This document shows, in pieces, positions 1 to 13,059 of a stretch of 64,000 bases of DNA. The notes under the pieces are model-generated. The model worked only from the letters and a program-made list of their open reading frames with translations, did not search any database and was not told the DNA's origin. The DNA comes from Rhina ancylostomus (lineage: Eukaryota): NCBI GenBank assembly GCA_030265395.1, contig JARFYF010000029.1:9129925-9193924 (forward strand), written 5' to 3'. The position numbers were made by a program, and so were the translations under genes. Position 1 is the first letter of the stretch. Each line of letters starts with the position of its first letter.

Positions 1-150
1 GAACTCAGTGGGGGTTGAACAGCGTCTGGAGGGAAAGGAATTGTCAATGTTTTCTGTCAAGACCCTGCGTCCTGACCCAAAATATTGACAATTCCTTTCT
101 CTCCCGCACATGGCGCTGGACCTGCTGAATTACTCCATCAGTTTGTTTTA
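1..150. mobile_element. Penelope-derived palindromic non-autonomous element (truncated by window start)
   Basis: Inverted arms gaactcag...ggaattgtcaat / attgacaattcc...ctgctgaattactcca; same motif family as 7395-7750 and 13060-13352. Confidence 0.7.
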
Positions 151-3100
151 CTGCCATTGATAAAGGTTGGGCTCCCCCTGCCTTCACAGGCCCAGGGCTC
201 AGTGCGACCATCGGTGTTGAGTCTCAGATGCTGGGCACAGATCGGTGAACCAGTTGCTTGAAGTTTCACCACAGAGATCCTGTTGTTTCTGGCCATGCCC
301 AGGTTTCTGTTGGAATCAATAGGAAGTTGGAGAGGGAGTTACCTTTTGATGAATTGACCTTCTGTCAAATTACCCTGCCATTAACTGACCAACCAATTTG
401 TAGGCTTGATGAGAACAGATGAAAAAATTTGTGTCTGGTTCACCCAGTTGCCAGTTTTGAATATGGTTTCTCGACCTCTGTTCTCTCTGCAGCTGCAGAT
501 TTGAGATCTGTTCCAAGCTGCTTTGAATTAGGAGGAACTGTGTAAAAATACGGTAAACTTAGCGGCTGAACTTTTAGAGGGGACTCTGCCTCCCGCCTCC
601 ATGTTCATCTATGAAATTGCCTTGCAAACATCTTGATTTTAAATTAGACTGTTCCACGCAATTGACTCCCATCTCCTCCCCCAGCCAGACTGACATTAGT
701 CAGTGGATTGAACAAGCAAGTGCCCACAACATGTGCCGACTTGGAGGAGAGAAGGGAACTATCAAAAGATTTGGGAGCTCCTGCAGAGTGGGAGTGGGCT
801 TGGATGTGCCCCTTTTGTCTCTACCCACCCCCCACTTTCCCACTCTGCTGCTGCCACGACCTGATCTCCTGTCTTGGGGTGGCCATATTAATAGCAAGAC
901 CACAGGAATGTGACCACACTAAAGGGGCTCAGATGAGGGGTGTTCTGCCAATGCTGATACCTCTATTGTAACTAAAGACGGGCGGTGGGGTCAAGACCAC
1001 AGGAATCAGCCAAGAATGTCTGAAGCGCTAATGGGAGCTAACATAAAGGAAAAGGCAGAGCGTGCTAAGCCTGCTCCCTCCATCAGGTGACTGAAGGGCA
1101 TTGATTACTGTTCACCTCGAGCCTGCTGCACAGCCTGTAGTTATTGGAGACTGCAGCAGCCGGAAGTGGTCACGCACTGAGAGCCCAGAGCTGTGCTCCC
1201 TCTGTTCTGGGAGGCGAGTCCCTCAGCCATCTTGTTGGGGTGTGGGGTGGTGGGGGCTGCGAGTGTGGCGGTGCACCGCTCCACCTGGCCTTGCCTCTTC
1301 TGCCACGATTCCACCGGGGTTGGGTGGGCCGAGAGCAAGTTCCGTGGTGCTGAGAGTTTGGTTTCAGTGAAATCCAGACTGAATGTTATCCCTGCAGAAG
1401 AGATGATTTTTGGTCCAAGTTTTCATTGGCATTGTGGGGACTGCAGGCATTAGTGCGAGTTCCACAGCATGTACTCTCCTCTTGTTGTTGGCAGGGCGGA
1501 TCTGCGTTTCTGAGACTGGTCTTTAAAATGGGAGAATATAATGTCTGTTTCTCAGCCTTCACAGCCTCGATCCCAAAGTGTTTTACAGCCCATACCCTCT
1601 TTCCCCAAACTGTAGGTCTACGTTTTGCAGGAAGCCACGTCCAATTGATACTTGGCAAACTCCCACACGTCACACAGATTAAGTGACTGGTTTTGCTGCT
1701 CTTCAGAGAGGAATTCGTTAAAATGCCTTGAAGCCATTGTCATCTCTTTCATTCACCTCATTGAGATTGAGGGAAGGGCTGGAAATAGCTCTGAGATGGA
1801 AGTTGATTTCAGCGTGTGGCCATAACAGTCCAGCATGTTCACCTGTGGAATGAAGCAAACATTGCTTCACTTGGCTCCTGTGTTCTGCATTGGGAGGTAG
1901 TGCCCATGCACAGCCGTGTACCTGACGCTGCCAAATGACTGGAGCCAAATTGTGTCTTGCAGAACTACTTCCAATCTCTTGAGCTTTCTGCATTTGGAGT
2001 TTGGTTGGTCTTCACCTCGAGGCTGGTTCTGTGCTTCATCAGAGCACCTGGAATAACATCGTCGGCACTATAGTATTCCACCAGCTTGTCGTTTTTGGAC
2101 AGAAACTGTCAATAGCTCCTTCACTCTACATTTATTTTGGCAGGAGTTTGTTTTATAATTTTCTAATGAGCTGACTAGGGATAGCTGAGTGAAGGATGCA
2201 TGTGCTTGCCAGAGAGTGGTGATTGGGCATTCCACTGAACAGCAGCGGGCAGTAACAGGACAGCCAGCACAATCAGGGCTAAAGTCCAAATAAAATGGAA
2301 AGGGAACACTGACTCCAGATGGATGTAAACTCAGGACAAAATGGGCAGATTGTGGTCAGAGATGCAGAGCAGTGAAGTAAGTAGTTTGAGTGACTATCCA
2401 TGCAGTGCAATGTAAGAGGAAATTCTAAAATCATTAAGACATAGTAGATTTTTCTCTAATTCCAAGACACATATCAGGGTGTTTGTTGCTTAGTTTGTGG
2501 TTAAAAATAGTTTAATTACCAAGAGTGATCCTGATTTGATACAGAGGGCAAGGATTTAGTCAGCGGTTTATTATAAATAGAGAATAGCTCAGAGAACTGG
2601 GTGGAAATGTTGGCTTGATGTGGGCAACGGCAATATTGTCTCCTGGTGCACATTTTGTGGAGCTCTTGCTGCTGGCTCAAATCTCTGGATCATTCAAATC
2701 CCTCTGCCCCAACATTCTCCGAGGAATATTCAGCAAGCTGAACTTTAAAGCAGGCATTATTTATTGGGCTGTGCTGTATTTCAATGAGCTCCCTTGTTGG
2801 GGTCTGGCTTCCGTGGTTTTACCAGCAGTCTCCTGTCTGGCTGGAATGAGTGAATGAGTATGGGGTTTGTATAAGATCAGGAGCTCTGACTTAGCACAAG
2901 AGAGAGAAGGCCCACGTTAGACATAAATCACGGTTGCTGCAGGAAGACTGGTTTTGTTTTGTTGATCTGGCAATTAAAGCAGGCACTTTTTAAAAAATAT
3001 ATAAAACGGTATTCCTAACATTTCTAAACCAGGTGATTCTGGGTTTGATTGACCGGACAATATTGTTTGAAGACAGAGATTGTACAAAGTCTGCATCTGT

Positions 3101-4254
3101 TGGAACTCTCCAGCTATTTGAATGAACTCACTCCAGTCCTTGGCAGCTAGTTAAGAGAGGAATGCAAAGTTCAGACGTTGCCACAAGGACAATTTGTACA
3201 TTTAGTGTTCAGTATTTCAGGGTACCACCTAAGCTAAAGGAAATGAGGAAATTTGAGTATATTGGAGATATGTGTACCACCACTGTTTAACAATCCAGTA
3301 CTTCTATGATATGCTATTGGTTATACTGGCACCAATTTTTTTTTAGCAAGTTAAATACAAGGCACTCTTCATTTAAAGCTAACACACAGTGAGAGCTCAA
3401 GATTGTCTTTTCAAGTGAGCTGCAGTGTAAACAGTTGCTGGAACATTTGATTGCCATCTTTTGGCTTTTTCTGCTGTGAAAACATACATTGGAACAGAAG
3501 ATATTTCCTTTCTGGAATGGCTGGTATATAAAGATATATAGAATCACAGGATATGATAACTTTCTTTCTGTTTTTCTATGTTTCTGTGGCAAGGACAAAA
3601 ATGGAAATGTTGGTTCTCTCATATTTTCTGGTTCACTAGTTGAATAAAGATTTGCTTTTCAGTCGGTCTGTATGGTTACACATTTTTGGTGCTTTATCCT
3701 GTCACTTGTACAATTTTCATTTTGCCATAACGTGAAGTTAAGGTGTGCTGGGACTCCCAGAAAATAAGGATGTGATCTCTCTACTCCATTTATCCTGGAG
3801 CATTCTGACAGTGACAACAACTGCAACAAAGAGGCCATCGGTTGTTGGTGAAGAAGGGAAAGAGAGTTTAAAAATAAAAGTCGTCACAGTGAAACATACA
3901 TTTTGAGAGGTAGGTTAGGGAAATTTTATTTCAGTGGCTTGGAGGGAATCCTCTGGGCTCAAGCCCCACACCAGGATGTAATCCAGGCCAGTCATTGAAT
4001 GAAAACCCCACGTATACTTTGGGTCAATGCACCCAACCCACACAGTGAACACAACAGACCTCTCCTTTTGATGAGTGGCAGCCATCCTTGTGACTGCCAG
4101 CAGCCCTATAGTCAAGACAGTTGGCATGCTTAATATATTTTACTTTGTGAGCTTTCTAACTAAATTGCCTCCATATTATTTAAACCCTCAATGACTCCAT
4201 GTAATCTATGGCATCATGCCTCTTTCCTCATCCCCCAGGAAAAGGAACCACTGA

Positions 4255-4610
4255 GCTGGGCTCACAGTTCAATGTGGTGCTGAGGTAGTGCTGCACTGTC
4301 AGAGTTGTCGCCTGCTGGATGGGATGTTGAACTGATGTCTATTGTAGAGGACTATAAATGTTTGCAGGATATTGAAAGAAGAGCAGGGAGTCCTTACAGT
4401 ATCCAGAAAGGTCCTGGTGTCCAGTATTTATCCAATAAACAACTGCAGCAAAACAAATTATCCAGTCAATTAGCTGAACTGCTGTTTGTTGGGATTTCAT
4501 TTCCATTTTCTCACAGAAAGGAGAGTAATTCCAAAGTAATTAAGTACCTTTGAAGTGTTTGGGACATCCTGTGGATGGGTAAGGTGCCATTTAAATGTTT
4601 GTTTTCTCTT
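4255..4610 (+). mobile_element. Deu-domain SINE (DeuSINE/SacSINE1-like), old copy
   Basis: gtgctgaggtagtgctgcactgtcagag, gaagagcaggg, gtcctggtgtccagtatttatcc, ttatccagtcaatta...tgctgtttgt and tail gtgtttgggacatcctg follow the recalled DeuSINE layout. Confidence 0.7.
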
Positions 4611-5214
4611 GAAATGTACTTCCTTCATTTAAAAAAATCAGATCCAAATTCTCTGCTTCATTTGGAATGAAGCTGACTCTATCAAAATTGACAAAACTTA
4701 ACTCAAAAATAAACCCGCGTGAGGTTGATTTCACCTTCTCATATTAGTAACAAATGGACGTACGGTTTGTTCGACCTTCCAGTCCAGTTGCTTTTTCTGA
4801 CTAAGGAACAAAGCTAATTCATTCTGTGGGTTGAAGACCTTGAGTTCATTTTTCTGATTGTAAATTCTTGATCCTAAAAGCTGGTTGATATTTTTAACTG
4901 TGTTGAGACTTGGTTCATTCGCACTTACATAAGCACTCTGTGGAAGCCCTTCATTCTCTGCTCCCACAGCAGCTGCATCTGCATGTTCAAATGAGCTGGT
5001 GACTCTGGGGTGTTAATGTCACACAGTGGTAGCCAAAGCAGTCTTCATTTAACTTTGGTAACACACAACGAGCATGTGATTGTAACAAGAGTTTGCAGTT
5101 ATAAACCACTCTTGATACAGTGGGATGATCAAATAGGATTCACAAGAAGGTAAAAATTGGCACAAGGCAGTAGGAGGAAAAAGATGAGAAAGGTGACAAA
5201 CCCTGGTTGAACAT

Positions 5215-5370
5215 AGATTTTATAGAGGGGAAAGTGTTGGGCTAGAATTCCAGAGCTTAGGGCCAAGGCAGCTGAAGGCACGGCTGCCTAGTTTGAGATG
5301 GGTGGCATGCTGCATTTGCATAGAATTGGAGAAGCATGGAGTTCTGGAACGGTTTGTGGAGGCGGTGGGG
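5215..5370 (-). mobile_element. L2 LINE 3' fragment
   Basis: Minus-strand translation GSRAFSCLGPKLWNS is the typical L2 ORF2 C-terminal motif. Confidence 0.7.
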
Positions 5371-6064
5371 GGGGGGGNNNNNNNNNNTGTTAATTGGATT
5401 GTGACCATCAGTGAAGTGGTTGGGTTCTATGAACCTGGTCCTTGGGTCCTGACAACAGCCTGGACTGCAATGGCCATAATAGAATATTCTCTGCATTTGG
5501 TATAATTTGATGAGTTCATGTGTAACAGTGGTTGCAGTGTGCCAGTGTGATGTCAAGATTGGACTTGTCTGTGATCTCCACAAGTGGTAGAAGCATATCA
5601 AGGCTTTCAGTGATCACAAGGAAATTGTTCCAGGTGATGGAGCAGTAACATGGATACCCTCAGGAGAGGTAAATGAAAAATAATGATGGAGTGAGTGGTG
5701 AAGCAAGAGCACGTGGCCAACTATTAATTGAAAGTGTCCCAGTTTCTCAGGAGGTTTTGCAATGAGCTGCAATTGTGCTGGATGTGAAGCTTGTGGTGTA
5801 AGNNNNNNNNNNNNNNNNNNNNNNNNNNNNNNNNNNNNNNGTGCACACCAAACCTTCCCCACACATGTTACAGATAATGATGTTACTAAACAAGACACCA
5901 TAAGTTCCCAGTGAGAACAATGTGATGTTGACTAAGGCATAAATACTGGGATGGTGCCATGGACTCTATTAAGCCAATAGAGAGCAGACTGAGCCTTGGC
6001 TTTTGTCTCATTCATATGAAGGCACCCAAAACAGAGTAGCACTCTCCAAAGTACAGAGTAAATG

Positions 6065-6160
6065 GAAATAAAAGCAGAGAAGTCTGGAAGAACTCTGCAG
6101 GTAATGTAGGATCTGTGTTTTGTATTTAATTCAGATTTCCAGCATCTGCAGTATTTTTCT
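6065..6160. mobile_element. Short Penelope-derived palindromic remnant
   Basis: ttcagatttccagcatctgcagtatttt end motif, with a degenerate inverted partner ctggaagaactctgcaggt. Confidence 0.5.
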
Positions 6161-7159
6161 TGGAGATAGGAAAAACTTGAACACAGATTGTAGATATACC
6201 ACAAGTGCTGTGCAGTTTAAGTGGTGTGAGGCTCCAGTTATGAATGCTGCTGTTTCTCTGTGCCTTTGTTGGGTACGTCTGTATGGCAAGGACGGAGGTT
6301 GAGATGAGCTTTAGTGTAACACCTTGGAGCATGTACACGAAAGCTGAAGAGATGGTCAGCTGATGAAATGGAATGACTGTATTTTGAAAAACAGCAACGG
6401 CATCTTTGATAAGTGCTCAGAGCAGGCACCTCGCTGTCAGTGTGGGACACTGCCACAGGTGGAAGGGAAACATCAAAAGCCACTTGAAAACTTGGAGCAG
6501 AAGATAAAAGGAGATGTCAGCCAGAGGTTGCTAACTTTGCAGTGTGTATAGTGAATAGGCAAATTTAAATCCTTACAGAAGGTAGTCTGGCTGGTGCACT
6601 TAGACTGCTCTTTGAAGTACACACTGACAGCAACTGGTTTGAATGATTAACAGTGGACCCAGCTGCAAATGGCTCTTCTGAGGCTTAGCTGAACAGTAGA
6701 GTGAGCACATTGCATCAAACTGCTGAAAGGAATTTAGAAAGACTTTGCCTCTAAACACATGCTTCTATTTCTAGTGCTTTCACACACCAAAGGAGTAATG
6801 AATAGAGCATTCATGGGTTCTCTTTGGGACAGTGTAGTTTACAACAAGCGCAACACAATTTTACAAAGGCTGAAGAGACAGCTGACGTGTGTTGTGAGAA
6901 AGTTCTTTTACCTCGTGGTTGCTGTTGCAATGCAAGGAGCATGTGTATCAAGCTCTTTTGTTCCCTCAGTGGCTTTCCCCAACCACCTAATTCTGTCTGA
7001 GCTGTGGTTGATTTAAAAGGCCTCAACAAGGCGCTGGCATCTCATTTACATTGTAATAATGATTGGCATATTCATTCTGGTGTTCTTCATTACAACAATT
7101 GCCATGGTACATATTTTTAAATGCCGAAAGCAAATATAGGTAAAGTTTCTATTTTTTGT

Positions 7160-7245
7160 TTCTCTTCCCACAGATGCTGCCTGACCTGAGTATTTCTAGC
7201 ATTTTGTTTTTATCTTAGATTTCCAGTATCTGCAGTTTTTTTTTG
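7160..7245 (+). mobile_element. Penelope-derived repeat, one arm
   Basis: cacagatgctgcctgacctgagtatttctagcattttg...agatttccagtatctgcag. Confidence 0.65.
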
Positions 7246-7394
7246 TTTGAGTTTAGTAAACTTAAGTTCTTTGCAATTGTACTGTTCACCTGACACTTGG
7301 TGAAACGTCATCTGTTTTCAGCCTGATCCAGAGCCGTGTTCTTTCTACCTTAATGCCAAGACTGAGGTGGTATGAAAATGGGCTGATCATCAGT

Positions 7395-7750
7395 GCTGGA
7401 GATTTCAGATGCTGGAGTCCGGAACAACAAACAAAATGTTGGAGGAACTCAGTGGGTCGAGCAGCATCTGTGGAGGCCATTTGTTGTCTTCACCTATTAC
7501 CTCCCAATATCTGGTGCTATTTTCCACTCTTCCCCTGTGCCCACCCTCCCCTCTGCCTATCATCCCTCCTCACCTCGATCCACTTATCTCTTGCCAGCTC
7601 TTGTTACATCCTTCCTCTCACCTCTGTGCTGGATATCTCCCCTCTGTCTTTCAGTCCAGATGAAGGGCCTTAACCCAAACTGTGGACTGTCTGTTTACCT
7701 CCACAGATGTTGCTTGATCTGCTGTTCCCCTGCCATTTTGTTTGTTGGTC
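7395..7750. mobile_element. Penelope-derived element with inverted terminal arms and a decayed hammerhead motif
   Basis: Left arm cagatgctggag...ggaggaactcagtgggtcgagcagcatctgtggagg; right arm cctccacagatgttgcttgatctgctg; pyrimidine-rich middle; hammerhead-like core at 7652-7689. Confidence 0.75.
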
Positions 7751-8809
7751 ATCAATGAAAGTTATTTGAAGTCCCAGTTTACACACAGATTGATTGGTGA
7801 AGTTCTGCCAATGTGAAGGGAGCTGAGCATCCTCATTCTCCTTCAGAGATGGTCTTGCAACCAATCCCAGAATCTGATGATTTTTAAATTCAAGTCAGGA
7901 GACCTGTGATGTGTCCTTCAGCTTTACAGGGTATTTGCACTGAAAAATGCTATCATTTGAGCAGTTTTATACCAGAAGTTACTCAAGATGTGTCTTCCAG
8001 ATCTCTTTGTTGTTCATTTGGTTGCAATGCCAGCACCAAAGAGGGATCTCTAACCAAGCAGCATTGCTGCATTAACACGCATACCCTTTATGCTCCCTGC
8101 TGTTTTGGGACTTTAGATGTTGGCTTGGCACCATGTGGCTGCTAATCAAAGGCAAGCACGATGTGTTAATGGGACACCTGGGCATTTGCACATTGATGTA
8201 TATCAGCAACAGTGTGTAAACAACACAGCTAGATTTTGTTTACAATTAATCCTGGTAACCAGGATTGCTGCCAATGTGATTCAAGGATTAAAAAGAACAG
8301 CTTCTCTTGTGGGCTTTTCTTTTTGGATTTAAAAAAAAACATAAAACTAATATGAATCAGATGAGAATTTACCAAATCTGTTTCTTGTTTGTAGTGCTGT
8401 CTAAATAGAGGCAATATTCACTACAGAGATTCCCATGAGTGGAGCACAAGCCAATTCATTTGACTTTGGGAATGCTCACTGCCACCACAATGGCAGGATA
8501 TATCCAGTGATGAGCAGAGTCTTCCAAAGAAAGCTTTGTGCTTAAAGTTGATTGTGATTCCCCAAATTTTATTTGTCTTTTGCAGTGAATAATTTAATTT
8601 GCATTTTTATAATGCATCTTATGACCTCCTCAGGATATCTTGAAGTGCGGTACCCAAAGCCTCTGTATAAAACTTGCTCCCCAGTGCACTGGTAAATAGC
8701 GATAACTATATTTTGCACTGGAACAATGGTGAGCATTCGTACAACTTGTTTACTGTTGCTGATCAGATGATCTGAGTGAGAAGAATTAAACCCTTTTTGC
8801 CATTTATTC

Positions 8810-8945
8810 TTGCCTGCCCACTGCCACCCATTTTGTTCTCTCCTTCCCCTCCTGACTTATTCTGCATCCCAAAATCTGTGCATTTCTAATTATTCCCAGT
8901 TCAGATGAAAGGCCTTCATCCTGAAATGTTAGTCCTCCCCTTTCC
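8810..8945 (+). mobile_element. Penelope-derived fragment with hammerhead-like core
   Basis: ccagttCAGATGAaaggccttcatcctGAAAtgttagtc after a pyrimidine-rich tract. Confidence 0.55.
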
Positions 8946-9002
8946 TGCAGTGTTCACAGCATGATTTAGAATTATGGGTTATAATGTAAATGTTGGACAT
9001 AA

Positions 9003-9420
9003 TTAATTGGTTTATTATTTTCACATTATCGGAGGTACAGTAAAAAACTTTGTTTTGGATGCCGTCCAAACATCGCATCAGTGCCTCAAGTTAGTACAAG
9101 GGAAAACAATAACAATGCAGAGTACAGTGTTACAGTTACAGAGGAAGTGCCATACAGGCAGACAATACATTGCAAGGCCATAAAGAGTTATATTTTGAGG
9201 TCAAGAGTCCATCTTATCGTACACGGGGNNNNNNNNNNNNNNNNNNNNNNNNNNNNNNNNNNNNNNNNNNNNNNNNNNNGGTACATGCTTTCAGGCTTTT
9301 GAATCTTCTGCCTGACGTGAGGGGGGAGAAGAGAGGATGTTCTGGGTGGGTGGGGTCTTTGATCATGCTGGCTGCTTTTCCGAGGCAGTGAGAGGCGTAG
9401 ACGGAGCCAGTGGAGGGGAG
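9003..9420 (-). mobile_element. Rex1/Babar-type non-LTR retrotransposon 3' fragment
   Basis: Minus-strand translation CLGKAASMIKDPTHPEHPLFSPLTSGRRFKSLKA; tail attggtttattatt; matches 18450-18858 and 58078-58733. Confidence 0.8.
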
Positions 9421-10084
9421 ATACAATGAGCTGATGAAGTCACGTAGAACACAAACTGCTCTCATTATACAGTAGCACATGCTTCTCTGCAGTTGCATCC
9501 TCTCTTCAGCAAAACCAATGCTGCTTCACGTATGGTTTCTAACAGGCAGCGCCAGTGTGAGAAAAAGTGCAGAAAATTTACAATTTTGGATTCTTACTTT
9601 GGGTACATTCTGAAGTAAACTATTTTGTGTCAGTGGGCAGTGAGTGGCGTCTTTGAATCAACGACCAGATTTAGTGCTTAGTTTTTGGGTTAGAGTCTGT
9701 CGGTCTGAAACAAGTCAACATAAAATGTATTCACTCTTCACCACACAGCCCCAGTTTCAAAATCCTTTATTAATCTCTCCACCTCTAACTTGCTTGTACC
9801 CTTGTTTAGACTGATGTGGCTGTCCCTCCCTGCACTGGTTGCTGGTTGAGACACCATCTGTCTGTCTTCATTTCCTTCTTCAGTTTCTTCACCTGGCTAC
9901 CACTCTCCGCTTGAAAGGCCACCTTTAAAACCTGCATCGTTGGGATCTCTCGTAATTCAATTTGTCATTTCTCAGTTTTTGTTGAGAATAGATTTTAAAC
10001 CCTTGTTCCGATCCCAATGAGCTCTTTCGGCCCTGCACTGGTTTGAATTTGCCCAGCTCTGTCCCTTTATGTATCTGCCCTTTG

Positions 10085-10300
10085 CTTCACTGCTGGTGGC
10101 TGTGCCTTCAGGTGCCAAGGTCCCAAACTCCAGAATCCTCTCCTTAAACCTCTCTGCTTTATGTGCTTTAGCATGTTCTCTGCTGTACATTGCTTTGATC
10201 AAACCTTTGGTACATTTTCTAATGCCCGATAATTTTTGTATAGTTATTCTCCAGTCTTGTGTCTTTGGGGTATTCTGGTGCTAACTAAATGTAATTTGTT
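10085..10300 (+). mobile_element. L2 LINE 3' fragment
   Basis: ggctgtgccttcaggtgccaaggtcccaaactccagaatcctctccttaaacctctc is the sense copy of the motif seen at 5230-5290. Confidence 0.55.
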
Positions 10301-11799
10301 ATTTGAGTTTTGAGCCACTTTGTGAATTGACTTGGGATACACCAGTTATCTTTGTATGTGAGTGTAGGCTTTTGGCTGATGCTCATCTGATGTCCCACTC
10401 TAGTTGCTTTTATCTTGCTTTCAGTTTTGGTCCAGATTCCTCCCGGGCTTAGCTTTGAGCCAGCTGGGAATTAGGTTCTTGGATGGCCCAGTATTTACTA
10501 GCATTTTGCCAAGTCAGTCTTGCAATGTACTGGGTTTATGTTTGCGGTGTCTGAGCTGGAGGGGCCTTTGTATTGTTATGTTGAAGCAGGTCCATTTATT
10601 AGACCTGTCCACCAAGGGCAGAGCTTTGCCGTATTCCTGATCGCAGATTTCATCCTGTGACATTGGGAGCGGGCTCATGGAAGCTGCTGTCTGTCATCCG
10701 AACAAATTCCCTCCCAAATCCCTTGCGTGACTCCTGGAATTCACCTGGTGAATTGTAGGGAGTTATGTCAAGTGGCTGATGAGAATGACTGTTGACTTAA
10801 CAAGTGATCACGGTCTTGAATGGCATTCCAAAACAGGATTAAGGGTGATTTCAGAGCAGGTTTCCAAGAAGGCTTTAGTTTATATATTACATAACTCTTC
10901 AACTATGCTAACACTGAAAGCTCATGTTAAAGCAGACTCTTGCTCTAGGACGATTAAATGCAGATTAGCACAGTGCTATTTGGTACACAGGCTTCATTCA
11001 TCTTCAGTTAAATGGAACATGGTTTTGTGGTGTTGTCAGGTCAATAATAGCTTTGGTAACACTGATGACACCCTGTTCATGCCATTGTAAACGGTGCACA
11101 CATCCTGATCAATCGAATTCTGGGTGTTGGCTGAGAGCTCTGCTCATTTCTGCTTATGTACCAGAGGAGAAAGGTTTAATAAAACTGGCTGCACTGTACA
11201 TTGCTTCAGATTTAAATCCCAAGGCAGACTTTGCGTCTGATTGTCTCTGCTTGTGGAACTATGTGGCCTTTGAATGGATTTGACTTTCCAACAGGATTTA
11301 CCTGTGCCTGGTTGGGTTAGGGTAAGTGTTCTGGGCTCTAAGGGAGGAACTGGAAGCCCTTGCCCATGCGCCAGTTTATTAGAACATATCACTGGCTGCT
11401 CAATGATCTCCTTAAATTGATAGATCACACTTCTTCCAACAGTACCTCAGCAAAGAAATTAGTTATTTTCACTGGCCATTTAAATTGGTTCGCAGCAATG
11501 TGTAATGCAAGTTGTATGTTGCTGTAAGTACAATTCTGTTAATCTCCACTGATGTCACCCAATATAAAATCAGCTCATGAAGCATCCATGCATGGACCAC
11601 ATTTCCTCTTCTCATGCATTGAGTTGCTGACCCTCACCCCTAATAAGCACTGTTACTCCAGGCTGATTGTCGGATAGGCACAATACAAAATGTTTTTGAG
11701 GAAAGCTCACAATGTGTGGGGAAATAAAATGTTAAAAATCATTGAGCGTACTCTGATAATTAGATCCCAGATGTTTCACAGGAATAGGATCAAACAGAA

Positions 11800-12520
11800 T
11801 TTGACCTCTTGCCATGTAAGTCAGGTGATAAAGGCAGATTTTAAGATGTGTCTTAAAGGAGGAAAGAGATGCAGTGAGGTTTTGGGAAGGATTCCAAGAG
11901 TTTCGGGCCCTGACAACTCAAGGCACAGCCAGCAAAGNNNNNNNNNNNNNNNNNNNNNNNNNNNNNNNNNNNNNNNNNNNNNNNNNNNNNNNNNNNNNNN
12001 NNNNNNNNNNNNNNNNNNNNNNNNNNNNNNNNNNNNNGGGAAGGATTCCAAGAGTTTCGGGCCCTGACACCTCAAGGCACAGCCAGCCAAGGTGGATCGA
12101 TCTCTGTCATGGCCTCCATTTTGTTAGCCCACCGTGCTGAATGCTGGGCCAATGAAATGGAGGCCACAGCAGAGATAGGGAACTGAAGGAACTGTAGAGG
12201 GAGTTGGGACTGGAGGATCAGAAAACCAGAGAATTTTAGAGTCGAGATGCACTTAACCAAGAGCAAACATGGGTGAAAGGGCAACAGAACTTGGGACGTT
12301 AAGATAAGAGCATCAGGAGTTCTGGGTGGCCTTAAGCAGCATGAGGTGCTTGAACCAGAGTTGTGTTGGAATAGTAGAGTTTAATTCCAATAGAAGTGTG
12401 GATGAGTCTTTCCGCACGCTGTACTGAACTGAGGCAGGCTGGTTGGACGTGATGAGGGAGTAAAAAGTAGTGTAGGTAACAGCAACCTGGGTCAGATGTG
12501 GTACCAAAATTCCAAGTAGC
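11800..12520 (-). mobile_element. L2 LINE fragment spanning a 100-N gap
   Basis: Minus-strand GCALRCQGPKLLES motif, gtcttaaaggagg, and gttggaatagtagagttta (decayed LDYSNS region). Confidence 0.6.
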
Positions 12521-13059
12521 CTGTTTCTGTTTCAGACATTAGCCAGTTGTTATAAATAAGTGGATTCTACATCCTGGCACTGATATTTTGTGTTCTTCAA
12601 CCATTAGTTTTGTTATTTATCTTTTTTAAAGAGCAAATCACAAAATTGCTTGTGTCACTTTGCCAGGGCGTGACGTGCCTGTAGAGGTAGAATGTCTCAT
12701 AATTAATGTCAAGTTTGGGGATGTACTGCTTTAACAGAAAATCAGCGCAGCTCTACACAAGATACAATGTTAAGTTCTATGTGTGTGCTCCTTTGAGATT
12801 ACGAGGTTACTGACCTCACTAAAGCCTTTGATCTGATCAACCAGGAGGGAAGATGCAGGACCCTCCACAAATTCAATGCCCCACATAGATTTGCTTGCTT
12901 CATGATGGCATGTAAACCATGGTCCTAACCAAACTTAGTGAAGACCAATGTCAAAGTTGCTTCAGAGCTCTGAGAGTTTTTCAGTCTTTCTCGCTGTAGT
13001 GCTGCACCCCTGTTCTCCAGTGAAATATGGGTGGGAATGGAGCTAAATTTCAGAGCTAA

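Noticed and set aside
11884-12092. About 54-bp direct repeat on both sides of a 100-N gap
   Set aside because: Abuts a fixed-size placeholder gap inside an L2 relic; most likely a contig overlap or collapsed tandem repeat, and cannot be interpreted without reads.
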